From an uncultured Treponema sp. (GTDB lineage Bacteria > Spirochaetota > Spirochaetia > Treponematales > Treponemataceae), in contig CAJORB010000043.1 in assembly GCA_905236565.1 (NCBI GenBank), positions 9,971 to 73,970 of the forward strand: DNA of 64,000 nt, given 5' to 3'. Made by a program: the position numbers and the translations under genes. The notes beneath the pieces are model-generated. The model searched no databases and had not been told where the DNA came from. It saw only the letters and a program-made list of their open reading frames with translations. Below are positions 20,211 to 30,993 of the stretch, one piece after another (within the stretch, counting starts at the first letter, position 1; each line of letters starts with the position of its first letter).

Positions 20211-20380
20211 ATTTTCTCCAGTCCGGCTACAGCTTAAAAAGCCAGATGGGCGTTTTTTAAATTCAGCCTGTAACCAAACAAATCCTAATTTATTTAATTT
20301 TATTGAATAAACACAATAAAAAATGTATTATTCTATATAATATATCAAAAATTTTATTTAAATTCTATCAGGAAGGAATT

Positions 20381-21016
20381 ATGAAACGTACTCCAGTGGC
20401 AGTTCTGCTTACTTTAGGCTTGTTTTTTACAGCAGTTCCGCAGAATATCTTTGCTCAGACAGCTCCCGCAGTCGAAAAACTTGATGACGACGGCGATGAA
20501 TATGACGGCGACTTTTACGAAGAAGAAGAAAAACGCCTTACTCAGAACGGTGCAGGCGACCAGTATCTTGATATCGGACTTATGCCTATTTTCCCGCTTA
20601 ATTTCGGAAACCAGCTCTATGTCGGCGGTGGACTTACAGTAGGCTACCACAGATTTCTTACACAGTATATTGCTGTCGGCGGAAACCTCATGTTCAGTTA
20701 TAACTCTACAATCGGAAGCAATGTTCTTACAATGATTCCGATTACGATAGGTGTTACATTCCAGCCGTATGTAGGTCATTTTGAATTTCCTATAACATTT
20801 AACATCGGTGCTGCCGTAGAAAATTACGTTCAGTACAATTATTTTCCGGGCCTTATCATAAAAGGCGATGCCGGATGTTTTTACAGAATAAATGAAAACT
20901 GGTCTGCAGGTGCAGAAATTTCTGTAATGTGGCTCCCTCAGTGGACTGGAGATAAGTCCAAAGACGGAAGTTACACCGCCCTCGCAGTTATAGCCGCAGC
21001 GCGATATCACTTTTAG
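20381..21016 (+). CDS. TP0733-like (OmpW/OprG-type) outer-membrane beta-barrel
   Basis: Signal peptide from ATG 20381 (AGGAAGG SD), GDQY...LYVGGG, terminal AARYHF; family call from recall. Confidence 0.7.
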   Translation: MKRTPVAVLLTLGLFFTAVPQNIFAQTAPAVEKLDDDGDEYDGDFYEEEEKRLTQNGAGDQYLDIGLMPIFPLNFGNQLYVGGGLTVGYHRFLTQYIAVGGNLMFSYNSTIGSNVLTMIPITIGVTFQPYVGHFEFPITFNIGAAVENYVQYNYFPGLIIKGDAGCFYRINENWSAGAEISVMWLPQWTGDKSKDGSYTALAVIAAARYHF

Positions 21017-21031
21017 CCCCGGAGTTGAACA

Positions 21032-22114
21032 ATGCAGAAAAAAGTATCTGGTTTAGTAAAAAAAGCAGTTTATTCTATCCTGGGAGCAGGTTTTGTTTTT
21101 GCTTTCTGCTCATGTCAGGATCCGATTTTCTATCACATCAATCAGGAAGTAAAACTCGAAGAAGCTTCTATCTTTGGTGATGTTTACAGAATTACAAGAC
21201 ATACATCTTCTTCGGGCGAAGAACGCCTCTATTTTGCAAACGGTTACATCTATTATAAAGCAACAGATGCAGACGGTTACGGTAAGTGGAAAAAATGTTC
21301 AAAGCCATCCGGACATGTTGTTTCTGTTGTTTCTGACAACTCGGCTCTCTATGCTTTGGTTTTTACTTCTGACAGAAATGATATCCGAGGCGAAATGGAA
21401 ATTACAGGAAAGAGAATTTATAAAAGTACAGACGACGGTGCTACATGGACGATTCATCCGAAAACTGCTGTTGCAGATGCCATGACTTCATGCGGCAAAG
21501 GCAATTCTGTATCTTTAATGTGTACAAACTCTCTTGCTTCTGGAAACAGAAAAGCATACGCAAACATTCGCGGAACAATATACAACCTTACATCTGGTGA
21601 TACAGTTGATCATGGTACAACAGTAGGTTCTACTACTTCAAATACAAGATCATGCGCAGATGCAGGAAGCGGCGTAAAATTCTTTAACTGCTATGGAGCA
21701 TGTGCTTCTAAAGATTCAGGTGGAAAGATTTTTGTATCAAGTAATGCAGAAATTTCCGTATATGATTCATCAGGAACTGTCATCGAAGAATTCATGACTT
21801 CTGTAGGCACAATTTACGGAATCGCAGTTTTTGATAACGGCAACGAAGTTCTTGTTACTTCTTCAAGCGGTTCAGCCCTCTACAGAAAAACAGGCTCTTC
21901 ATGGAACGAAGTAGAATATGCAAACCTTACAAGTACAGTAAGCTCGCTTTACGAAGGTTATTATGCAATCGCAGCAGATCCTTCAAAATCTGCACTCGAA
22001 ACTGCAGCATATGCGGCAATCGCGGTAGAAGGAAACGGTTCAAACTCTGCGCAGTTCACACACGAAGGCTTGTGGGCATACTACCCTGCACGTGGCAAGT
22101 GGAATATTGAATAA
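21032..22114 (+). CDS. Hypothetical lipoprotein, beta-rich
   Basis: Lipobox-like FCSCQDPIF; BNR-like KSTDDGATW; GGAG SD. Confidence 0.65.
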   Translation: MQKKVSGLVKKAVYSILGAGFVFAFCSCQDPIFYHINQEVKLEEASIFGDVYRITRHTSSSGEERLYFANGYIYYKATDADGYGKWKKCSKPSGHVVSVVSDNSALYALVFTSDRNDIRGEMEITGKRIYKSTDDGATWTIHPKTAVADAMTSCGKGNSVSLMCTNSLASGNRKAYANIRGTIYNLTSGDTVDHGTTVGSTTSNTRSCADAGSGVKFFNCYGACASKDSGGKIFVSSNAEISVYDSSGTVIEEFMTSVGTIYGIAVFDNGNEVLVTSSSGSALYRKTGSSWNEVEYANLTSTVSSLYEGYYAIAADPSKSALETAAYAAIAVEGNGSNSAQFTHEGLWAYYPARGKWNIE

Positions 22115-22210
22115 AGCGTGCGCGTAAACCACGTTTCCGGCGTCACACAGACTTCCCGCGCGACGTTCGAGTTTGCGATAAAAATCGCTCTGTGATATAA
22201 TTCAACCATA

Positions 22211-24688
22211 ATGGATGAACTTTTTTCCTCTTCAACTTTATTAAAAGAACCTCTCGCAGCACGCATGCGCCCTCAGAACCTCGACGAATACATCGGCCAG
22301 GACCACATCGTAGGACGCGGAAGGCTTTTGCGCCGTGCAATCGCTGCCGACCAGCTTACATCCGTAATCTTTTACGGACCACCTGGTTCAGGGAAAACAA
22401 CGCTCGCGCGCGTCATCGCAAACCACACCCAGAGTAACTTTATTACGCTCAACGCAGTACTAACAGGCGTCGCAGATATAAGAAAATCAATCGCACAGGC
22501 AGAAGAATGGTACAACCTCTACTCGCGTAAAACGATATTATTTGTAGACGAAGTTCACCGCTGGAACAAAGCCCAGCAGGATGCCCTCCTGCCATGGGTC
22601 GAAAACGGAACCATCATCCTTATAGGCGCCACAACCGAAAATCCTTTTTTCGAAGTTAATAAAGCATTGGTAAGCCGAAGCCGCGTATTCCAGTTAAAGG
22701 CACTTACAAAAGAAGATTTAAAGAAAGCTGCCGAGCAGGCTCTCAAAAATGTTGAACGCGGCTACGGACACTGGAACGTGCAGTTCGAAGAAGGCGCCCT
22801 CGAGCATCTTATCGATACAGCAAACGGGGACGCGCGCTCGCTTTTAAACGCCTTAGAACTTGCAATAGAAACTACTCCCGAAAAATGGAATCCATACGGC
22901 AACCCGCCGGAACCTGCATTTGGAAGCACGATTTATATTTCAAAAGAAGCGGCAGAAGAATCGATTCAGAAAAAAGTTGTTTTATATGACAGAGACGGCG
23001 ACTATCACTACGATATAATTTCTGCATTCATAAAAAGTTTAAGAGGCAGAGATCCGGACGCTGCAATGTACTGGCTTGCGCGAATGGTAAGAGCCGGAGA
23101 AGATCCGCATTTTATTTTCAGACGCATGTTGATTTCTGCATGCGAAGATACAGGGCTTGCAGATCCGCTTGCAATTACTGTAGTTACTTCATGCGAAGAA
23201 GCTTTTGACAGAGTCGGACTTCCAGAAGGAAGATATCATCTTGCACACGCAGCACTTTATCTTGCAACATGTCCTAAATCAAACAGCTCAATGGCATTCT
23301 TTGATGCACTTTCTTCTGTAGAAAAAGAAGATGCAGATGTTCCAAATCATTTAAAAGATTCAAGCCGCGATGCAGAAGGTTTTGGTCACGGTTCAGGATA
23401 TTTATATCCTCATGCTTACAAAGATCACTGGGTTGCACAGCAGTATCTTCCTGATGCACTCATGGGAAGAGTGTTCTACACTCCAAGCAGTCAGGGTTAC
23501 GAAAAAACAATCAGGGATGATGTACTTTCAAGACGCGAGCTTCAGATTGCGGCAATTCTTGAAAAGTCAGATTATTATTCTCAGAGCGAACAGTCAGAAC
23601 CAGAAGTAACAGGTTCTAAAAACAGCGAGCCTTTAAAAGGAGTTGCCTCGCGTTCTGCAACTGCAAAAAGCTGCGCGTCAGAGTTTATGGGAAACCCGAT
23701 TTCTGAGTGGTGGATTAACGAACACTTTAAATCCGGCGCATTAAAGAATCCAGAAAATCTTACGTTCAGTCCGGTAAATGAATATAAAGAAACTGCACTT
23801 GATAAGGCAGACAAATCATGGCAATCGAGAATAGATTCTAACCGCGCAGAAATCCTTCTTAAGATTCGTGACACGATGACACAGATTGCAACCCTTTCAC
23901 GACATGAGCGCAGCTTGATATGGAATGCCGATGACGGACTTTTACTCTGGGAAATTGCACGCAAAACTCCAGAGGGTGTTACATGCGGTGTATGTCATTC
24001 TCAAAAAGGAAAAGAAGTCCTCGAGCAGTACAGCAGAACGCTCGGCAATCTTGATAAACCTATTCTTGAATATCAGAAAGAAAACGAAAACCTTCTTGAA
24101 ATGCTCGACGTTTTTGCACTCAAGGGAATTGCATTTGATCACATATTCTTTAGAAACCCTTTTGCAAATAAAAAGTCTATCGAAGAATTAGCTGAACAGA
24201 TTAAACAAGCCAGCTTAAAACCAGAAGAAACAAGTTCTGTTGCTAAAAACTTTAACGTAATCATTGCGCAGAAAATTCCATGCAACGGACAGCGTGTATC
24301 AAAGCTCATCGCATCCCAGGTTCTTGCAAATAAAATCTTTGAACCTTACAACACTCTTTTGTCTCAGATGGAACAGGCAGAAACAGAATTTTTCGGCGAC
24401 AAGACAAACCCTCTATTTAACTGGAACAACGATACAATCGTAAAAATATTTAAAGACGCAGGCTTTAAAGTTTCTTATGAAGTTGAACGAATCATAGAAA
24501 AGCGCCGCATTACAAAGCGCGAAATTGCTAACTGGTTCAACTTAGAAACATCTGCTTATGCCGCAGCAATCGCAAAAGCAACAGGCGATGCCAGCATCCA
24601 GAAAATCTCTAGCCTGCTCGAAAACGCTTCTGAACACACAATCTTCAGCTGGGAAACAGAAATTGCATTTTTAACTGTTTCACTGTAA
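22211..24688 (+). CDS. rarA: Replication-associated recombination protein A (MgsA/RarA) with long C-terminal extension
   Basis: PLAARMRP, GPPGSGKTT, FVDEVHR, GATTENP, SAFIKSLRG, YLYPH, QQYLP. Confidence 0.9.
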   Translation: MDELFSSSTLLKEPLAARMRPQNLDEYIGQDHIVGRGRLLRRAIAADQLTSVIFYGPPGSGKTTLARVIANHTQSNFITLNAVLTGVADIRKSIAQAEEWYNLYSRKTILFVDEVHRWNKAQQDALLPWVENGTIILIGATTENPFFEVNKALVSRSRVFQLKALTKEDLKKAAEQALKNVERGYGHWNVQFEEGALEHLIDTANGDARSLLNALELAIETTPEKWNPYGNPPEPAFGSTIYISKEAAEESIQKKVVLYDRDGDYHYDIISAFIKSLRGRDPDAAMYWLARMVRAGEDPHFIFRRMLISACEDTGLADPLAITVVTSCEEAFDRVGLPEGRYHLAHAALYLATCPKSNSSMAFFDALSSVEKEDADVPNHLKDSSRDAEGFGHGSGYLYPHAYKDHWVAQQYLPDALMGRVFYTPSSQGYEKTIRDDVLSRRELQIAAILEKSDYYSQSEQSEPEVTGSKNSEPLKGVASRSATAKSCASEFMGNPISEWWINEHFKSGALKNPENLTFSPVNEYKETALDKADKSWQSRIDSNRAEILLKIRDTMTQIATLSRHERSLIWNADDGLLLWEIARKTPEGVTCGVCHSQKGKEVLEQYSRTLGNLDKPILEYQKENENLLEMLDVFALKGIAFDHIFFRNPFANKKSIEELAEQIKQASLKPEETSSVAKNFNVIIAQKIPCNGQRVSKLIASQVLANKIFEPYNTLLSQMEQAETEFFGDKTNPLFNWNNDTIVKIFKDAGFKVSYEVERIIEKRRITKREIANWFNLETSAYAAAIAKATGDASIQKISSLLENASEHTIFSWETEIAFLTVSL

Positions 24689-24770
24689 AATAGTAGAAAT
24701 AAAAATTCCGCTTTTATAAGCGATGCGCATTTTGAATAAAGATGCGACTTTAACAATACAGGAGAATATT

Positions 24771-25397
24771 ATGAATTTTATCTTTTTGGGACCTCCGGGA
24801 GCAGGAAAAGGCTCTTTAGCTGTAAAAGTAAAGGATGTTTATAACATTCCGCATATCTCAACAGGAGACATTTTTAGAGCAAACATCAAGGCACAGACTC
24901 CACTTGGAGTAAAAGTTAAGGCCATCATCGATTCTGGAAGCCTCGTAAGTGATGAACTTACATTTGAACTTGTAAAAGACCGTCTTGCACAGGATGACTG
25001 CAAGAACGGATTTATCCTTGACGGATTTCCCAGGACAATTCCACAGGCAGAAATGCTTGAAACACTCGGACTTAAGCTTGCATGCGTAAACTTTACGATT
25101 GCAGACGAAGTTGTTATCAAGAGACTTTCTACACGCCGTGTATGTAAAGCATGTGGTGCAAACTTTAACGTTCTTACGAAACCACCAAAGAAAGAAGGAA
25201 TCTGCGACGAATGTGGCGGAGAACTCTATCAGAGAGATGACGACAAGCAGGAAGCTATCCTTCACAGAATGGATGTTTACCGCGAACAGACAGAACCATT
25301 AATCGATTTCTACCGCAAAAAGGGAACTATCACAGACCTCGATGCAGGAATCGAAACAGATATTCTTCTCGAAAAATTTAAAGAAATTTTTAAATAA
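24771..25397 (+). CDS. adk: Adenylate kinase with zinc lid
   Basis: GPPGAGKG, HISTGDIFR, LDGFPRT, CxxC...CxxC, QRDDD; AGGAG SD before ATG 24771. Confidence 0.97.
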   Translation: MNFIFLGPPGAGKGSLAVKVKDVYNIPHISTGDIFRANIKAQTPLGVKVKAIIDSGSLVSDELTFELVKDRLAQDDCKNGFILDGFPRTIPQAEMLETLGLKLACVNFTIADEVVIKRLSTRRVCKACGANFNVLTKPPKKEGICDECGGELYQRDDDKQEAILHRMDVYREQTEPLIDFYRKKGTITDLDAGIETDILLEKFKEIFK

Positions 25398-25405
25398 ATA
25401 AAAAC

Positions 25406-25436
25406 GGTGCAGGACATTTTATTTATGTTCTGCACC
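25406..25436 (+). terminator. Hairpin after adk
   Basis: GGTGCAGGACAT-loop-ATGTTCTGCACC; weak U tract. Confidence 0.5.
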
Positions 25437-25449
25437 TTAACTTAAACCT

Positions 25450-27180
25450 ATGAAAAAAACCGGATCACAGATAATTACAGAATTACTCAAAATGCACGGG
25501 ATAGATATGGTCGCAGGGATTCCCGGCGGCTCAATTCTCCCGCTTTATGATGAACTTACTCGAAGCGGAATAAAACACATTCTCGTGCGTCAGGAACAGT
25601 CTGCAGGCTTTATCGCACAGGGAATCGCGCGCACTACAGGAAAACCGGCAGTGTGTTTTGCAACAAGCGGTCCAGGTGCAATGAATCTTTTAACTTCGAT
25701 TGCAGATGCAAAATGTGATTCGATTCCAATCATCGCAATTACAGGTCAGGTAAACCTTCCTTTAATCGGAACAGATGCTTTCCAGGAAGCAGATACTTTT
25801 GGACTTTCGTTTCCTATTACAAAACATTCTGTAATGGTAAAATCTGCGCGCGAGCTTTTAGAAGTAATTCCGCAGTGTTTTAAAATTGCAGCAAGCGGTC
25901 GTCCGGGTCCTGTTTTAATTGATATTCCTAGAAATGTTCAGCTTGAAGAAGTTGAATTTGATGAATGGCCTAAAATAAATTCTAAAAAATTAATTACAAA
26001 ATTCCACACAGAGAAAAAAGATATTCTCGAAAAACTCGAAAGAATGGCAGACACTCTGCTTAAATCTAAAAAGCCTGTTTTATATGCAGGTGGTGGCTGC
26101 AACAATGCAGAAGTTTCAAAAGGAATAAAATCTCTTCTCGAAAATTATCCGATGCCGGTTGTATCAAGCCTCATGGGAATCGGAGCAATTGCATCAGAAG
26201 ATGAAAAATATTTAGGCATGGTCGGCATGCACGGAAGTGTTGCTGCAAACCAGGCAATGCATGACAGCGATTTAGTTTTAGCATGTGGCGTTAGATTTGA
26301 CGACAGAGCAATCGGTGTTGCATCAAAGTTCTGTCCTGACGCAACAATTTTACACATCGACATTGATGCTGCAGAAATAAATAAAATTTACAGCGCAGAC
26401 ATTTCGATAGTTGCAGACGCAGAATCAACAGTGCCGGTTCTTGCACAATTGATTTTTGAAAAAGCAAAAAAAGGAAATATAAAATTTGCAGAAAACCGCG
26501 CATCGTGGTTAAAAAAGATAAGCACTTTACGCAAAAAAACTTTTACAGTTGAATGCGGTCAGAATAAAAAATCACAGTTTGCAAATCCGCGAGAATTTAT
26601 TTCTCAAATTCCGCTTAAAGCAAAAGAAGCAGGATTAAAACCAGAAGACATCATCGTAACGACAGACGTAGGACAGCACCAGATGTTTGCAGCACAGTAC
26701 TACCCTGTTTTATCACCGAGAACTTTCTTAACTTCAGGCTCACTTGGAACGATGGGATTTGGTCTTCCTGCCGCAATCGGAAGCGCGCTTGCAAATCCAA
26801 AAAAACGTACGGTATGCATTTCGGGCGACGGTTCAATCATGATGAACATCCAGGAGCTTGCGACACTTGCAGAGCTTGATTTACCTGTAACCGTAATCGT
26901 TTTCGTAAACGGAACTCTCGGAATGGTTTACCAGCAGCAGAAATATCTGTTTGACAAAAACTACAGCGCTTCTGTTTTTTCTAAAAATCCTGATTTACTC
27001 CAGATTGCAAAAGGCTTTGGAATCGAAGCAATAGATGCAGACACAGACAAAGACTGGGCAAAAAAAGCATTTTCAAAGACAGGAAACAAACCACGCTTTG
27101 TAACGGTAAAAGTAAGTTCAGAAGAAGATGTTCTTCCTTACGTAAAAGCCGGCTGTGCTAATGTAGAATCAATTCACTAA
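25450..27180 (+). CDS. ilvB: Acetolactate synthase large subunit
   Basis: [45 protein letters not shown], ThDP motif GDGS. Confidence 0.93.
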   Translation: MKKTGSQIITELLKMHGIDMVAGIPGGSILPLYDELTRSGIKHILVRQEQSAGFIAQGIARTTGKPAVCFATSGPGAMNLLTSIADAKCDSIPIIAITGQVNLPLIGTDAFQEADTFGLSFPITKHSVMVKSARELLEVIPQCFKIAASGRPGPVLIDIPRNVQLEEVEFDEWPKINSKKLITKFHTEKKDILEKLERMADTLLKSKKPVLYAGGGCNNAEVSKGIKSLLENYPMPVVSSLMGIGAIASEDEKYLGMVGMHGSVAANQAMHDSDLVLACGVRFDDRAIGVASKFCPDATILHIDIDAAEINKIYSADISIVADAESTVPVLAQLIFEKAKKGNIKFAENRASWLKKISTLRKKTFTVECGQNKKSQFANPREFISQIPLKAKEAGLKPEDIIVTTDVGQHQMFAAQYYPVLSPRTFLTSGSLGTMGFGLPAAIGSALANPKKRTVCISGDGSIMMNIQELATLAELDLPVTVIVFVNGTLGMVYQQQKYLFDKNYSASVFSKNPDLLQIAKGFGIEAIDADTDKDWAKKAFSKTGNKPRFVTVKVSSEEDVLPYVKAGCANVESIH

Positions 27181-27187
27181 AAAAGAC

Positions 27188-27224
27188 AAAAGGGCGCCGC
27201 TTCTCTGCGGCGTTCTTTTATTTT
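27188..27224 (+). terminator. Intrinsic terminator after ilvB
   Basis: AAAAGGGCGCCGC-TTCTCT-GCGGCGTTCTTTT followed by ATTTT. Confidence 0.75.
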
Positions 27225-27285
27225 AAATATTCCACGATTGAATTTTATATGTTATAATTAACATCATTATTTTTTGGTGGAACAT

Positions 27286-28602
27286 ATGAAAAAGATTCTT
27301 ACGATTTCTTCAAATCCAGAAGTACTGGAAACTGTAAAAAACGCTGTTTTTACCTTTTCTAAATACTTTGACGGCGAATATCTCTGGGAAACAACTCAGA
27401 TAATTACATACATCAACTACGAACTTCCTGAACTTAAAATCCTTGACTATACTTCAGAAGATACAGACTGCGAAACGATTCTTGCGACGATTAACGCAGA
27501 CCCGTGGCTTCACTACGGTGGAATCATCGCAGTATGTGCAACAAAGGGTAAAAAACGCACGCTCGAAGAACTGCAGGATTCGAATATTCTCTGTGTTCTT
27601 ACAATCGAAGAATTTAAAGAAAATCTCGAACGTCTTTTAAAACTTATTCTTGCTAACCAGCAGTTTATCTTTCACCGAGGTCTTCAGAACGATATCGGTA
27701 ATGAAGAATCAGGTTCGTTCTCGTTCCACAACGACCTTCTCGACATTCACTTTTACTCAAGCTTCCTTGTTGCGTACCTTTATAACACAAGTAGAATTTC
27801 TGCACAGAACAGATTTAATCTTCAGATGGCATTGTCAGAACTTTTAAACAATGCACTCGAGCACGGTAACCTCGAAATTTCTTTTGAAGAAAAAACAAAC
27901 TGGATGATGGAAAACGGAGAAATCGTTTCTTTAATCCGTAAAAAGGCAGCAGAAGAAAGATTTAAAGACCGTAAGATTAAAATTCAGTATACACTCAATG
28001 ATAACTACTGTACTTTTACAATCACAGATGACGGTAACGGATTTGACTGGAGAAAGTACACAGAAAAAAATGACGAACTTGATGAAGAACCAAATACAGA
28101 ACTTCATGGACGCGGAATTCAGCTTTCAAAAGGTGTAATAGGAAAGCTTACTTACAACGAAAAAGGAAACGAAGTAACACTCAGAATTAAAAGCCAGAAA
28201 GATGCTTCCAACAACATTCCGGTTGCAATGCGTTCGTTTGAAACAGTTACATTTAAAGACAAAGATGTAATATTCCGCGAAAACGAAAAATCAAATGACC
28301 TGTACTTTATCGTATCAGGAAAATATGCAGTTTATTCAGGAAGAAAACTTGTCTCGATTTTAACACCAAACGATATGTTCATCGGAGAAATGGCATTCCT
28401 TTTAAACGACAGACGAAGTGCTACAGTTCTTGCAAGTGGAAACTGCCGCTTAATTAAAATTCCAAAGATTGACTTCCTTGATATGATTAAAAAGAATCCT
28501 CACTATGGTATCTTCCTTTCAAAAATGCTTTCACAGAGACTTTATAATCAGACACGCCAGACTATTACATTAAAGAAACAGCTGATGGAATTAAAAAAAT
28601 AA
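27286..28602 (+). CDS. Signalling protein: receiver-like + RsbW-type HATPase + cNMP-binding domain
   Basis: ELLNNALEHGN, ITDDGNGFDW, HGRGI; C-terminal FRENEKSNDLYFIVSG...FIGEMAFLLNDRRSATV. Confidence 0.8.
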   Translation: MKKILTISSNPEVLETVKNAVFTFSKYFDGEYLWETTQIITYINYELPELKILDYTSEDTDCETILATINADPWLHYGGIIAVCATKGKKRTLEELQDSNILCVLTIEEFKENLERLLKLILANQQFIFHRGLQNDIGNEESGSFSFHNDLLDIHFYSSFLVAYLYNTSRISAQNRFNLQMALSELLNNALEHGNLEISFEEKTNWMMENGEIVSLIRKKAAEERFKDRKIKIQYTLNDNYCTFTITDDGNGFDWRKYTEKNDELDEEPNTELHGRGIQLSKGVIGKLTYNEKGNEVTLRIKSQKDASNNIPVAMRSFETVTFKDKDVIFRENEKSNDLYFIVSGKYAVYSGRKLVSILTPNDMFIGEMAFLLNDRRSATVLASGNCRLIKIPKIDFLDMIKKNPHYGIFLSKMLSQRLYNQTRQTITLKKQLMELKK

Positions 28603-30068
28603 TGTCACTTAACTGTAACGAAATTAACACTGCTCTTGATGAACTTGATTTAGAAGGCGCGTTTATCCAGGATATTATCCAGCCGGGATACGACACTCTC
28701 GCGCTTTATACTTACAAGAACTCAACAGCAAAGACGGTTATAATCTGCATTGCGCAGAACAGCTGCCGCATAAACGAAACAAAAAAGAAAATTACAAAAA
28801 ATGAAAAACCTCTCCGCTTTATGGAATTTTTAAAGTCACGCATAAAAGGCGCGAGAATAAATTTCTGCCGCCAGATTGGTCTTGAACGCGTAATTAAAAT
28901 GGAACTGTCGCATGAAGACAAAACTTTTTTCATGTATATTCGTTTATGGTCAAACGCTTCAAATGTAATCCTCTGTGACGAAAATAAAAAAATTCTTGAT
29001 ACAATGCTCAGGCGTCCGGGTAAAGATGAAATTACAGGCGGAATTTACTCAGAGCCCGAAGTGTCTGACAAAAAACCAAAAAAGAATTTTGAAGTAAGAA
29101 CATTTGAAGAGCTTAAAGAAGAATACGAAAACACAAAAGCGTCGCAATATAAATCATTCGATGACCTTTCATTTAATGAACGCCTCGATTTATTTTACAG
29201 CGAGCACTCAGAAACTCTCGGCCGTGAAGCCCTTCTTGAAAAATACGAAAAGTGGTTTACAGAACATCACACAAAACTCATAGCCGCTCTTTCAAAACTC
29301 GAAGAGAAAAAATACGCGTTCTCACTTGCAGAACAAAAAAAGCATCAGGGCGATTTAATAATGACATTTGCTTCTCAGATAAAACCCGGTGACACTTACC
29401 TTGAGTGCTCGGATTACGAAACAAATTCAACTATAAGAATAAAAATTGATCCTAAAAAATCAGCACATGCAAACGCGCAAAACTATTACGAAGCATATAA
29501 AAAAGAACAGTCAGGCTTTGAACAGATTGAGCAGGATATAAAACTTACAAAAGAAAAAATCGAACGTCTTGAACAGGATTATGAATCAATCAAAAACGAG
29601 CCAAATCCGGTGCGCATAGAACAGATGCTCCGCCGGGACACAAAACCAAAACAGCAGGAAAAGAAAACCCATCCGGGCTTAAGCTACACGGTTGACGGCT
29701 GGTACATCCTTGTAGGGCGCGATGCAAACGAAAATGATGAACTTTTACGCCGCCACGTCCGCGGAAGCGACATGTGGTTTCATACAAGAGATTGTCCCGG
29801 CGGATATGTTTTTGTAAAATACAGGGCCGGTAAGACGATTCCGCTTGAAATTATGCTCGACGCAGGAAACCTCGCCGTTTATTACTCAAAGGCCCGTAAA
29901 AACGGAAGGGCAGACCTTTATTACACGCAGGTCAAGCACCTCAGAAGGGCAAAAAACGGACCTAAGGGTCTGGTCTTGCCAACTCAAGAAAAAAACCTTA
30001 ATATTATATTAGATCAAAAACGCTTAAACAGACTTGATGCTATAAGACAGCAGCAGGAAGGTATATAA
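28602..30068 (+). CDS. rqcH: NFACT/RqcH (FbpA-like) ribosome quality-control protein
   Basis: FMEFLKSRIKG, ERVI, NAQNYY, VGRDANENDEL, WFHTRDCPG. Confidence 0.85.
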   Translation: MSLNCNEINTALDELDLEGAFIQDIIQPGYDTLALYTYKNSTAKTVIICIAQNSCRINETKKKITKNEKPLRFMEFLKSRIKGARINFCRQIGLERVIKMELSHEDKTFFMYIRLWSNASNVILCDENKKILDTMLRRPGKDEITGGIYSEPEVSDKKPKKNFEVRTFEELKEEYENTKASQYKSFDDLSFNERLDLFYSEHSETLGREALLEKYEKWFTEHHTKLIAALSKLEEKKYAFSLAEQKKHQGDLIMTFASQIKPGDTYLECSDYETNSTIRIKIDPKKSAHANAQNYYEAYKKEQSGFEQIEQDIKLTKEKIERLEQDYESIKNEPNPVRIEQMLRRDTKPKQQEKKTHPGLSYTVDGWYILVGRDANENDELLRRHVRGSDMWFHTRDCPGGYVFVKYRAGKTIPLEIMLDAGNLAVYYSKARKNGRADLYYTQVKHLRRAKNGPKGLVLPTQEKNLNIILDQKRLNRLDAIRQQQEGI

Positions 30069-30080
30069 CAGGAATCCCCA

Positions 30081-30992
30081 GTGAAAGTAAAATCCACAAA
30101 GATTAAGCCGATACAAAGTTACTCAACAACTCCGGTGGCATTATTTATTTTTTCAAACTTTTCTCTTGCGTTACGCGGAATTCACTTTATAACCACAGTT
30201 ATCCGTGATTTTTTCATTAATCAGTTTGCAAGAAAATTTGGCTTTATAAAAACCCCTGTTGCAAAAGTAGATAATGAGCTTGATGAAAAAATTCCGTTTA
30301 CACCTTCTAAAATCGGAACTTATCTTGACTTTACGGCATTCTGGCTTCGTCCTTTGACAATGCTTCTTTTTAAACTAGGGCCAAAAAAAGCAAAACCATA
30401 CATCGATGAATTCCTTAAAAAAATTACGCTTGCATATAAATCTGCCGGAAGAGTTTACAAAATGTGCATGTCAACGACAGCAAGACCACGCTATTATAAA
30501 ATGTTTTATTTTCGCGTAATTCATTTTTTTGACCCGCACTATCTTTGTGTTCCGAGTCTTCATATAAGCGTCGTAAGTCTTGTATGGAGTTTTTACAGAA
30601 AGGCATTCAGCGAAATAGAAGAATTAACAGAAGAAGAAAAATCTGTTTATCTTAAAGAAATCTATAATGGTGCAATTAAAATTGCAGAAACCGTTCTCTA
30701 TATTAAACAGCATAGTGTAAACTGCATTCCTGCAGCATTATACATGATGACATTTTTAATGAAGCCTTATTTTACTGCAGAAGACGGAATTCAGTTTTTA
30801 AAAGACATGTTTGTTAATACAAGCATTCCTGTTAAAGATCAGAAAGAATTAAAAGATTACATGTACTTTATTTACGAGCGTTTTCTTTTAGTTGGAATTA
30901 CAGACGGAAACTGGATTGTACCGATAAAAGCCTGGCTTAAAGAATACTGCATCGCATCCGGCCAGGCTTACATCGCAAAAAAAATCAGATAA
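30081..30992 (+). CDS. Hypothetical protein with PAP2-like motifs
   Basis: CVPSLH and YIKQH resemble PAP2 catalytic motifs. Confidence 0.5.
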   Translation: MKVKSTKIKPIQSYSTTPVALFIFSNFSLALRGIHFITTVIRDFFINQFARKFGFIKTPVAKVDNELDEKIPFTPSKIGTYLDFTAFWLRPLTMLLFKLGPKKAKPYIDEFLKKITLAYKSAGRVYKMCMSTTARPRYYKMFYFRVIHFFDPHYLCVPSLHISVVSLVWSFYRKAFSEIEELTEEEKSVYLKEIYNGAIKIAETVLYIKQHSVNCIPAALYMMTFLMKPYFTAEDGIQFLKDMFVNTSIPVKDQKELKDYMYFIYERFLLVGITDGNWIVPIKAWLKEYCIASGQAYIAKKIR

Positions 30993-30993
30993 A

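Noticed and set aside
20414-21010. 198-aa minus-strand ORF and the many other short overlapping ORFs in the track
   Set aside because: Antisense or alternate-frame shadows of well-supported genes, with no motifs.
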